A stretch of DNA of 57,141 nt, counting the filler, from Sphacelaria rigidula (lineage: Eukaryota), in NCBI GenBank assembly GCA_964200075.2. It is 7 parts of 7 records of this genome, joined end to end, with 100 filler letters (N's around TTAATTAATTAA, not from the genome) between each part and the next. Parts side by side here need not be neighbours in the genome. Positions count along the whole stretch, not along the records: positions 1 to 8,078 come from CAXNAA020012380.1; positions 8,179 to 16,256 come from CAXNAA020012381.1; 5 more parts are not named here. One strand, written 5' to 3'. The notes below the pieces were generated by a model that was not told where the DNA came from, searched no databases, and was given only the letters and a program-made list of their open reading frames with translations. Position numbers and translations under genes: made by a program. This document shows, one piece after another, positions 1 to 10,715 of the stretch; positions within the stretch are counted from its first letter, which is position 1, and every line of letters starts with the position of its first letter.

Positions 1-353
1 GAAGGAACAAGCCGAGCCATTTTCGACCTGAGCCTACTGTCGGGTCCTATGGCGCCGGTCGGTTGTCGCTCCAGAGTGCCATAGCCGCCTGTTTCAGGCC
101 ATCTCTATTCAGGCCCGTTGACGAGCTGCGGCAAATTTTCAGCATATCTTCGATGGAATTTTCTTACTACCTCGACAGTACTGTACCCGGACCAACCCTG
201 CCAGCTATGCCCACGCTACCACTGACACGCTTCTGCAGCGAATCAGCGAAGATTTCAAAAGGTCTTTGCAGTAGCATGGAAGGTCATGCGACCGCTGCGT
301 ACCGCTCCTACGGCCTCTGTTGCACGTTCTGGGTCCACCTTTACCCTCTGCAT
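1..353 (-). pseudogene. Degenerate N-terminus of a pogo/Tigger/Fot1-like (Tc1/mariner superfamily) transposase: psq-type HTH plus CENP-B-type HTH
   Basis: Manual minus-strand translation from ATG at 353, with one frameshift and in-frame stops: MQRVKVDPERATEAVGAVRSGRMTFHATAKT/FEIFADSLQKRVSGSVGIAGRVGPGTVLSR**ENSIEDMLKICRSSSTGLNRDGLKQAAMALWSDNRPAP*DPTVGSGRKWLGLFL. This matches the 'AV..VR.G.MS...AA..F.I...L..R...GP.TVLS.EEE...G.KW...F' pattern of pogo-like transposases. It runs off the contig start. Confidence 0.7.
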
Positions 354-1681
354 GCTTAGCACCCGATCGACCAAAAAGCCGATTTTGAAAAAAGACACAT
401 ACGCCCTTATTCACAGTGCTGTGGGATGATGTTTCCTTATACAAAAGGCACATGCAGTAGCTCAAACAAAGCGTCGTGCGCTTGTGCACACGCAGCGAAA
501 AACAGAATGGAAAACAATCAATATTTTGCGGAGTTATCGACGATTGAAAAGAAGAGTACCTTGATTGGTATTGTACCGAAATTGGGACGTTCAAGTGTGT
601 TGTTCAGGGGATGGCCATATCCCACCCACGCTCGTAGGTACTCCAAGCGGTCTTGTCCGTCGTAGGGAGAACCATGAGTACCAACACTACACCAACAAGA
701 AAAACCATAAACATCTGTCCACACATGTTGCGGACTCCTACAGCATACAACTGTTCCGCATGTGTCGAATTGTGATGACACTCTTTTACAAGTGTCCATA
801 GTACCACCATATATCCACCGCATCGTCAACTGCGGCCTCTCCAGCGCACGTTCATGGAGTATATACTCTCTACACAGTATATTGCATTCCTGGTGTGGCA
901 ATAGATGACAGGGGATATCCATCGATAAGCAGTGTGTCCAACGGGAGATCCTGGTATGCATCGACCGATAAGCGTTGCCACCACCAATAGTTTTGGTACG
1001 TGATCAATTAAGAGCCCTTGTAGTGCATAGACCTGATACATAATCTATCGATAGCCATTGCAATCATGAATAGATCTGTGAAGCCATCCATCGATATATT
1101 TGGTCGTCTTCGATACCTTTCGCTATAGGGTCACAAGAGACTCCTGTCCGGGCGATAGAGCGGAAAAGGAGTCCATCGAAATCCATCACCGATGACAACG
1201 GACAGAGAAACCCGTCGATCGAATTCCATTACTGTCGACGATATTGGCGTCTCTTGCAGCACACCCTAGTGCCATTGCAGCGTCTATTGTCTACTGTCCG
1301 GTGTGTGGTCGCGTTCCCTCGTCGACCGTCGGGTCGAACTTGTGTATCCACCACGAAGTCGATCTCCGCTGTTGGGCATGATGTGAGAGATAATCTCAGA
1401 TCGTTGACTTTGCCGAGATTCGAACCCATTGTCCCAAATGTCAGAAGGGTTTGTGGTCACCAGCTGAGCCACCGAGGCGGTCGGCGTAACACTGGTGACC
1501 GGTGACCATTTCTCGAGCGGTCTCAAATGTCACTCGACCATCTTTCAATATGCGCCTTGCCTTCAACAATCGATTTTTCTCGGAAGCATCTATCGATAGC
1601 CATTGACGCCAGAGATACGAAATATGTGCATAAATAGCGCTAGTGATCGGTGCCATTTAGCTACTTTTGTGGTCAGCAATA

Positions 1682-1890
1682 GATATTAGTGGCCGCGATT
1701 CAGATTACATTGTGACCAGCGGTAGACGTTGGTGGCCGCGATTCAGATTCTACTGTGACCCTCAATAGACATTGGTGGGCGCAATTGATATCCCATTGTG
1801 ACCAACAACATGTATTGATGGCCGCGTGGCAGATCCTATTGTTATTTGCCATAGACATTGGTGGCGGCAATTCAGAGCCTATTGCAGGAA
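1682..1890. repeat. Degenerate tandem repeat, 43-bp period, about 5 copies
   Basis: Units start at 1682, 1725, 1768, 1811 and 1854 (exact 43-bp spacing), with consensus approximately GACRTTGGTGGCCGCGATTCAGATYCYATTGTGACC. Confidence 0.85.
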
Positions 1891-4701
1891 ATAAAGTGTA
1901 TCGATAAAGAACGTGGCCCCTCCATTGTCACGGCAATGATACATTCCGTCCCTTCTCCAGAATCAATTGTCGCCTTCAATAGGCTAGGTAGGCATTGATG
2001 CCAGTCGATTATGACTGACAATGAGCACTGACAGTCAAAATTTCGGGGATATTGCAGCGCCAATGTTCCATTACATACTGTAGTCTATTGTCCAGGGTAT
2101 AGGCACATCTCACCCGCAGACAAAAGTACTGTAAGCGCTCATGTCCATCAGAGGGACATCCATAAGTACCAAGGTCACACTGACAACAAAAACACATATT
2201 GCGGATTTCTACAAAATACGAGCGCTACAAAACTGTAGAACCGTGATGTCATATATTGCCCGTCGATGTCCATAGCGGATGACAACGTTGGCATCTACTG
2301 CAGCAGATTCTATTGCCACCGCAACAGATGGCGTCTATTGTGCAGGGTGTGGACGATACAAAGAAATGGTTGAGGTTCATTTTCCTAGGAAACCACAACA
2401 GGAAAATGGTGCAAGATGGGGAGCAAGACACGCAGGGGTACCTTTGACGATATATATTGTTGTAGTGAGGATCCTGAAAATACACGCCTGTCGATAGGAG
2501 GAAGATTTTACGGTGATCGTCAGATCGACAACCTATTTTTGCACCTGCTAATCGAAGCCGTTGCGCGGCGTTGATGGGTGACCTTCACGGCTGTTTCAAA
2601 TACAAAAACGTTCCCATCACGACGTCTCCAGCGATCACTTTCGTTCGAAACCTTGTCGACACATATCGCCCCCGGGCCATGGTCATGGTCGTGTCTCTTT
2701 CTGCTGTGTGAAAGCTCAAGCTGTATGTGGGGCATCTGATGGATACCAGATGCCCCGGGGGTGTTGTTATTCCTCTCTATAGGGCTCGTATTTCTTCTGG
2801 CTCGTGTTCCGGACACGGTGCAGGGTCGATCGAACAATGGCTTCAAAGCAACATCTGATGACCAACAGCGACATCCGCGATAGCTTAGACCGCAGATCTA
2901 CCTCGCTGCCTCATCATAGACAGTCTGTGATGGCATGGTACCAAATCGCCGACGTCTCAACGACTGTCCGAAGCTGATTCCGCCTCACGTGAATGAAGAT
3001 GATCGCTCACATGCCCATCAGCCAACTTTCAGGTTCCGCAGAAGCTTGGTGTCCAGAGCAACGGTTCTATCGATCTGTCCAACCAACAGAGCACTGCACT
3101 GTCGCTCTAGTACTACATGTATGCACGTCTGTACCCATTGTACTGTCTGGATGTTCAGGGGACCCACTTTCCCCCATTATTCCGCCACGTGCACTGCTGC
3201 TGATGCCAATAGCAAGACCAGCGCTACTAGCCTACTCATGCTCACCAAAACAGCTCCGACAAACACTATGGAAGAACGTAGGTGACAGATGGCTGACGGA
3301 GATGAAGGCATTGACGAGCTCCGAACGCCCCAGCAATGACTTGCAATAGTAGCTTCGCTTGCCTGTCGGTCGCCGTTTATTCCTCCTTGCATCGCTGACT
3401 TGGCAACAGACTCCCAACTGGAGGCGTATCATAATCGTGTGATGACGACTTGTTGCGGGGGATACTGCACTGTAGGGTGATGTCTGGATGCTCGATGATT
3501 CAACACAAGCCACACCAGCACGTTTAGAACATGCATGAGCTGTAAAGTTAACTACGATCCCCTGCATGTGATGCACGTGTAATCTCTTTGGTGACACGAG
3601 ATCGCTTGCCATGAAAAACCCTCCGCTCAAAGTACATTGTTTTACGTGCCTACAACTCAGGCGTTCTGCATCCATGGCTATTAGCAAACATTGCAGGCGT
3701 GCGAGATGGCATTGCCGGCACCCAATCGTCGTCATCTTTCACAGAAAGGGGCTGTGACGTGTGTACAACAAGCTCATCCCGAGCAGAAGCTATGACTATT
3801 GCGGGCCTCGGACAGGGGCCAAGTAGTTCATTTCTAGCGGGAAGAAAGACGATGACGTTGTTCGATTGGCTGGACTTCTCGGAACGTCTTGTAGCCTTAC
3901 CTTTCGTTTCGATGTGGAGTGCAGCACAGGTGGAATGTGCTAGGCACGAGGCGAAAGGTCATGCACGAGTGGAACTGTGATTGTCGTGCACATGCCTTGC
4001 GTGCTTGCTCAGCGGTGTATGCTCTGAAACTAGTGAAGGGATACATCCAGTCCTTCCTACTTCACGAAGAGTTATATAGTGAAGGTTTTGCCTCCCGATC
4101 ATCAGCAGACTCGAATATTGGGGTCGGATGTTCAAGGAATACCATTACTTGGAGGTCTACATGAATGGCCACCCCAACCGGACTGGCTATGTTGTTTCGC
4201 GCGATCCCTTTGCATTAGACATATTTGAGTTATCTACGGGGTGTTGTTGTCTTGTTTGGAGTGGGAGAGCAGCGCCGCTGGGTGAGCACGGTCTTGGATC
4301 AATCCAACACGGACGGTGCGGTTTGTACACTTGTCACTCCAATAACAGTTGTTTGCAAAGAAGCACAGGCAGCGTGGTTTGCGGTGCGGTCGGGGCAGCG
4401 TGGTGCCACAGGTCGCACTCCGAATCCCCACCCCCTCCCCCTGCTAGGGACGAGTGTGTTGCCTCAGGAGATCAACTCATTTCTCCCTACAGGCTAGTTC
4501 AGGTTGAATACCCAAAACACTTTCCCCGGCATTTCCTCACGCCGTTTTTTCGAGGTAGACCACGAAATTTTGCACACCTTGTGTCGAGGGCATTATCGAA
4601 AACGCGAAGAGTTTTTTTTTTCATCTAAGGTTTTGTGTCGAGGTAGCCAAGATCTGACCGCCCGCCGTCCGTGGAGGTTTAATTGCGAGCGGCGGCGGCT
4701 C

Positions 4702-4711
4702 NNNNNNNNNN
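4702..4711. other. Scaffold gap (10 N)
   Basis: Run of N within contig 1. Confidence 0.95.
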
Positions 4712-5531
4712 ATTTAACAAAACCTCAATGATTTTTTTTTTTCATTTAAGGTTTTTTACCGAGGGCCCCAAGATCTGCCCCCCCCCCCCCGGTCGAGTAG
4801 ATCAACCGCGACCTTGGATTGACAGCCACCACCGCGACCTTGGATTGATAGCGCCCTCGAGGACATGTGTGTAAATTTCCGTCGTCTAACTCGAAAACAC
4901 GGCGTGAGAAAAAGCGAAAATATGCGCTGAAGTCTGCGTGCCCCCCTATTTACTTGATTAAAGTGAAGAATCGCCCTTTTTGAGGGTTGTTTTTACGGTA
5001 AAAGACCCAGCTGACTCACGGTTTCGTGTTGAACAACGAAAATTGGTACAGATGTTCCTTGGGATACCACCTAACTGTGAGATGTCGAACTTCTGGTGTT
5101 GAGGCATTCTGTACCGGTTCCCGGGGTCTTCATGCTGGGACCCCTGGAAGCCGGTAGGGAACGGAGCAACTTTGAAATCTTGCCAAGAGTACCATTTCCG
5201 CATTTAAAGCATCAATACCTATGGAACTGCCAAGTTTGAGGATGATCCCAGCTTTTCTACAACATATATAGGGAAATCGTCACGAGGCGCCGTGGATTTT
5301 TCGTACGTATCATGAGAGGAAATTTTACGACGCCAAAGCTCCACATCACCGAAACATTGAGGTCTCGGGCAAAGATCGACCCCGTTGGTACCGCTTTCAA
5401 CTCTGCTTCTTCCCTATGATTCTTCCCTATGATTACCAAGCTGATAGCGGTAACTACGATTTAAGCCATGTGGAGATTCGGTGGAAATTGGACTTAGAAT
5501 TCGTGATTTCAATTTCGGGACAATTTGAAAG

Positions 5532-6120
5532 GCGCTGATTGGTCGAGACATACTTTTGTCCATAGCGCCACCGCTATAGCCTTGGAACATAAATCCGGCT
5601 ATGTCACCTTTTTTGTCTGTTTATTGCAGTCAGTATGATACCACATTTTGTGCATATTGACTAGGTACTGCGTTCGTTATCAGCCGGGGTATAAATTTTG
5701 AGTATTCAATCTGAACCAGCCTATAGTACACGCCTTGCATTTTGGTCTCGCGGGTTGGTTGAGCACTCCCGCACCGCGTCAAATGTCGTAAAAAAACTCA
5801 GTCAACGTATTTTTGTTTACTCACGTTCCCACGCTTTCGACGACGGAAATGAGATGCATGGAGGAAAAGACCCGATGCATCGGGAATCGAACCCATGATC
5901 TCTCCACTCTTGCGGTGGCAGTCGGATCATTACGCCACAAGGGCGCGGCGGCGCGTTAGGAAGTCATATATGTGATTTGAAATCAATTTCGAAGCCGCTG
6001 ATTGGTCGAGGCACATTTTCGCCCTCTAGTGCCACCGCTACGGCCTTGAACGAAATTCCGGCTATGTCACTCTCTTCATTGGTCCATGGGCAGTATGATG
6101 CCATGTATGCAAATGTTCCA
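5532..6120. repeat. Diverged direct duplication (about 5532-5655 and about 5995-6120)
   Basis: GCGCTGATTGGTCGAGACATACTTTT...GCGCCACCGCTATAGCCTTGGAAC...TCCGGCTATGTCAC...GCAGTCAGTATGATACCA versus CCGCTGATTGGTCGAGGCACATTTT...GTGCCACCGCTACGGCCTTGAAC...TCCGGCTATGTCAC...GGCAGTATGATGCCA. Confidence 0.75.
5874..5946 (-). mobile_element. tRNA-derived SINE head or tRNA pseudogene
   Basis: The minus strand has an A-box-like TGGCGTAATGA and a B-box GGTTCGATTCCC at tRNA-like spacing, but no convincing acceptor stem or cloverleaf. Confidence 0.5.
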
Positions 6121-6243
6121 TGAGGGCTGCGAGAGGGATCTGCTGATGAGTGTATTTGGGGTGTTCACCTTGAACCGGCCTGTACGGTTAGTCATATTTA
6201 TTAGTCCTGGCCGACCACCAAATATTTCACATGTCGGACAGAG

Positions 6244-6737
6244 TAGCTCGAGCTAGCTCTCATTTTGCGTAGCTCCATAGTTAGCTATGAGAGCTACATG
6301 AGCTACGCATGGTTTCCCTGTGTAAGCTACGAGAGCTGTATGAGCTACGCGTGTTTGCCCCACGTGAGCTACCAATTCCTAGCTCATTAGCTCTTATTCG
6401 TCCTGAGTGAGCTATGGGAGCTGTATGAGCTACACACGTTTGCCATAGGTGAGCTCCCAACCCGTAGCTCATCAGCTCATATTTGTCCTGGGCGAGTTAT
6501 GAGAGCTGCATGAGCTACGCATGTTTGCCCTGGATGAGCAAAAGAGTCGCGGGATCTACGTTGATCTTGGAGTTGATCTGTTCCGACGCTCATGCACGTT
6601 GGTATTGTACATACGTAACGGCGGTTTGATGTGCACACACCTGTGTCCCGTTTCGGGTGGCGATTGATTTGCTTCTTGTAAACATCAACACGGCTGCATC
6701 AGAAGTAACCGCATCATAGCCACCACACACACACACA

Positions 6738-6806
<69 letters not shown>

Positions 6807-7446
6807 CGCCCTGCATGGCGACCGCAGGGGGCAGCAGCTCTAGGGCCGCTTCAGTCGAGAATGAACGAGAATTTTTGTTGACTTTTTTTCTTCCTATCGC
6901 GAATAGTAAGGCAAAACACCACAACCTAGTGATACGTGACGCCGTTCGTTCGGACAAGAATTTTACATCATGAGCGACACTGAGTTGGTCAGCGGCGAGC
7001 TAGGCACATGACGTGAGTGATCTACGAGCATGTGTCCCTGAGCTGAGCTACCGGGCTTAGCTCATCCGCTCATGTTTTTTCCCTGGTGAGCTGTAAAAGC
7101 TGCGTGAGCTAAAGATGTTTGCCCTGGGCGAGCTATTGCGTGAGCTATGAAAGATGCATGAGCTACACATGTTTGCCCGGGGTAAGCTATGAGAGGTGCA
7201 TGAGCTACGCATGTTTGTTCTACGTGAGCTACCAACCCGTAGCTCATCAGCTCAAACTCGTCCTGGGTGAGCTATGAGAGCTGCATGTGCTGCGCATGTT
7301 TGCCATAGGTGAGCTACCAACCCGTAGCTCATCAGCCCATACTCGTCCTGGGTGAGCTATGAGAGATGCATGAGCTACGCATGTTTGTCCTAGGCGAGCT
7401 GCCAACTCGTAGCTCATCAGCTCTTATTCGTCCTGGGTGAGCTACG
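6244..7446. repeat. AGCT-rich minisatellite in two blocks (about 6244-6540 and about 7036-7446)
   Basis: Many degenerate copies of GAGCTATGAGAGCTGCATGAGCTACGCATGTTTGCCC and GAGCTACCAACCCGTAGCTCATCAGCTC. Confidence 0.85.
6724..6804. repeat. (CA)n microsatellite
   Basis: About 40 CA units with one interruption. Confidence 0.95.
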
Positions 7447-8078
7447 GCCCGCAGTTCCTTGAGCATAACGAGATGAAGACTGTGAACGATATAGTACCAA
7501 AGCCAGAGGCACAAAGGACATGGGCGAGGCAAAGCAAAGGAAATATAGAATGCTCCGTTCTTGACTATATTGTGGTACAGCATGGAAATAGGGAAGAAAT
7601 GAAAGTGCATGCGTGCGCGGAGGACGTGCGAACCACAGATCACTGCCTAATATGGACAGAAAGCCAACAGACGGGAGCTAAAAGGAAAAGGCGGGGTAGG
7701 AAGATATACAAATAGAGAATCGATAAACTAGATATGGAAGAGACACGGCAAGAGTTCCAGGAGGCGATGGCCCAAAATGTAGTAAAATTTTCCGAGCTGT
7801 TGGAACACGTAGGTAAAATTGATACCGAAATGGAAAGAAATCGGGCAGGAACGAAGATTGTAGAAGGATGGGAGAAGCTGGTCAAGAATACAGCGAGCAA
7901 AGTCATAGGGAAGAAAGTGATAGTATGCAACAGAGCAGTAAAATGGTGGGATGAGGAAGTGAAGGAGGCTTTCAGAGTAAGGAGAGACGCCCACGTGAGG
8001 TGGATGTCGAACAAAAGTACGGTAGGAAGGGAGGAAGATAATAAAGAGCGGAAGGAAGTAGAGAGGATGGTACAGGAA
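7447..8078 (+). mobile_element. Non-LTR retrotransposon (LINE) ORF2 fragment: C-terminal APE endonuclease and endonuclease-RT linker
   Basis: SVLDYIVV...TTDHCLIW are the APE 'lDY' and 'SDH' motifs. The frame continues through a TAG at 7713-7715 (KIYK*RIDKL, probably W) into WEKLVKNTASKVIG...KWWDEEVKEA, which is typical of the LINE linker. Truncated by the contig end. Confidence 0.85.
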
Positions 8079-8178
8079 NNNNNNNNNNNNNNNNNNNNNN
8101 NNNNNNNNNNNNNNNNNNNNNNTTAATTAATTAANNNNNNNNNNNNNNNNNNNNNNNNNNNNNNNNNNNNNNNNNNNN
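8079..8178. other. Artificial contig linker N44-TTAATTAATTAA-N44 (also at 16257-16356, 24434-24533, 32611-32710, 40788-40887, 48965-49064)
   Basis: Identical six-frame-stop spacer every 8,177-8,178 bp, consistent with size-sorted contigs being concatenated. Confidence 0.97.
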
Positions 8179-8572
8179 AAGATTTTAATCCTCCGGGTTC
8201 TCATCCTCAATGAAAAGCACCATCCTCAACATAGATGATCGGCTGTTTACAGTACTTTTGAAAGCAGCACCTTCAATACTGCACATGAACATCAGACGAA
8301 CCCACACTAACACTACGCCCCCCGTCCGCCCCTGCCGCTTTTAATGTTCGATTTTGCTCGCCCCGAACGCACCTGCGCCATGCCGCGATTCATATCATGG
8401 TCGTTGGTATCGCATCATACCATGTCGATGACCGGGGACTTCCTCCCTCATCGCTATTTCACATGTGCGGACACCCACGTGTGTGTCTTATTATCATTAT
8501 TATTTTGTTTTTCCTCACTGCCTATTGATTCTTCATTGCCTCCACACGCTATAACATGCCACCCTTCGATGA

Positions 8573-10715
8573 TTGATAGAGATGTCTGCTTCCAACAATC
8601 ACTACGATGACCGCGGTAGCAGCACCAACGCCGCTTCTGCAAATAATCTACAGGGCAGCGACACCCGCCGCGCATCAGCGGGACGAGCAGGTGATTCAGG
8701 GGCTGCTGCGCCCCGTCACCCCTACCACCTACGCAGCGACATGCTCCCCGACAATCACAGGAGCGGCAGCGGCAGCGGCGGTGGCGCTGCCGAGGATTTC
8801 GACCCCCGGGCGTCCCCCCCCGGTGCCGTGCACCACAGAAGCCACAAGGATCTCGACCCTCGCTCCCCGTCGACGCACCACAGGCAGGACAACCGGGACA
8901 CCAGGCCCTCGACTTCCCGCTCTCGGAACCGCCAACGCTCTCGTTCCCGATAACTGGCAGAGCGCCCTTGCTGCTCTCGCCCCCGCCGCCACCGCTCCCG
9001 CTCCCGCTCCCACTCTCGCCGCCGCCGCTTCCGTCGAAACTCTGGCTCGCCCTCCAGCAGCAGGCGTCATCACTATGCCATGAGGCGGGGATCCCGGTAC
9101 CGGCGCCACACCAGGAGGAGCACAGGTCGTACCAGCAGCAGGCGGACGCCGGGTGGCTGAGGCGCCGGGGTTGTGAGGCACCAGGAGCAGCAGCTGGAGC
9201 TACGGTACAAGGTATAGAATCTCATCAGCTAGCAAAGGTGAGCAAACGGGTACATAAGCGTATTACGCGCGGTCGGCCATGCCCAGCGTACGCAGGATCA
9301 AGCGCGGAGGAACTATCGGTTGCCAACAGCGCTGTCGTGCTGCAACACCGGATATAGTTGACGCTGTGTGCAATGGACCAGGGAGTCTTGAAAATGCTGG
9401 AGGATGAATATATCAACGGTAAGTGGGTGACACAGACAGATAAGTATTCCACCCGCCGTCGCGAACTCCTAATCGAGCTGCTGGCAGAAACTAGGGGTAC
9501 GTTCACATATCTAGTTTCAGCGGATCGAGTAGACGTTTATCGCATCACGAGCGAAACCGATGTCGTCCCACATGAATCTTTCACTGTGACCGACTGGCTA
9601 CGGATCCGAGTTCGCGAGGAAGTGATGACGAACGGTGCCACTAAGTCATACGCGGTGCTCTCGACTCCATCACCTTAGGACCCAACGAGTCGTGGAGTGC
9701 GGGAGCGGAACGGGTGTTGCTAGCTTTCCGCGCGAGTTTAGCAAACCCGGAACGACCATACAGTACCGAAGCCACGTATTTCTGGCTGTTAATCTCCACC
9801 CGGCAGCTAAGCGAGCTGTACGATCGTACTATCCGGGTCATTTTACCTAACTCGGTTGATAGGCTAGGTCTAATGTCAATTATTCATGAAAATACATACA
9901 CAATCTGGGCCAGGTTACAGCCTCTGGGGAGCGAGTGGCACAATCCAATGGGGCTAAGAATGCGAAGGAGGGGAGAAGTAGCCAAGAGTCTGAACCAGGA
10001 CTTGATATGTATTGTGTGCACCCGCAACGTGACATACAGCGACGACAGCCACGCACGCCCTCAAACGCGTACTATTAACCGCAGTGCGGGCCCTGACATA
10101 TTATTTTCACTTGAGGAAGTACGAAAATTGCTACAGTCACCCTCGAAGGTCGCCGCAATGCTCCAGCAAACTAACCCGGGTTTACCCCCTTCCCCCGAAG
10201 TGCCGCCCGCCCTGTTAGCCCCTACTGTGCCCTCTAGACCCCAGGCGTTAGCCGGTCGCCACTCGGCTGCACCTTTCGTCGCGGCGTTCAACAATCCCCT
10301 GACGGCCTCACCGGGCTCACACGGCGTGCCCTTCATTCAGCAAGGTTCGACGCCCATCAACCCCAGCAAGGTCACGACTCCGGGTCATACCGCCGCACCC
10401 CGCGGGGTAGACTTGCAGCGCAAACCCCCGGCACCGCCGTCTGGGAGTGCTTCGCTGTCACCGACACCCACCGCATCCGCCCAGACAGTGGGACCGGCCT
10501 CAACTCCCGAGCCATCCATACCCTCGGCTGCGGCGGGACGCGACGCAGTGGTCACCTTCTTGTGTGATCGTAAAATCTGCTTCGGTTACGCATTCACCGG
10601 CTCGTGCCATCATCGGGGCAACACCCCTTGTTCGTGGACGCACGGCATCATCCCGGTCGCACACTACAGCGGCTTACCGGTCCGCCGCAAGACGGCATTC
10701 CAGAACACCGGCTAG
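8573..10715 (+). pseudogene. Gag-like ORF1 remnant of the Ty3 element: RS/Pro-rich, with a C-terminal CCCH zinc finger
   Basis: Broken ORFs 8573-8953, 8968-9678 and 9714-10715 lie immediately upstream of the protease. C-x8-C-x7-C-x3-H (CFGYAFTGSCHHRGNTPCSWTH) at 10578-10643. Confidence 0.55.

Noticed and set aside
1682-1890. 43-bp array as a CRISPR array
   Set aside because: The units are degenerate along their whole length with no repeat/unique-spacer alternation, there are no cas genes, and the context is eukaryotic.
3177-3240. Signal-peptide-like MSRLVALVLLLASAAVHVAE on the minus strand
   Set aside because: Followed immediately by a stop, with no convincing splice donor or recognisable downstream domain.
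5874-5946. Functional tRNA genes here, at 49065-49139 and near 54860
   Set aside because: A/B boxes are present but no consistent acceptor and anticodon stems; better explained as SINE heads or relics.
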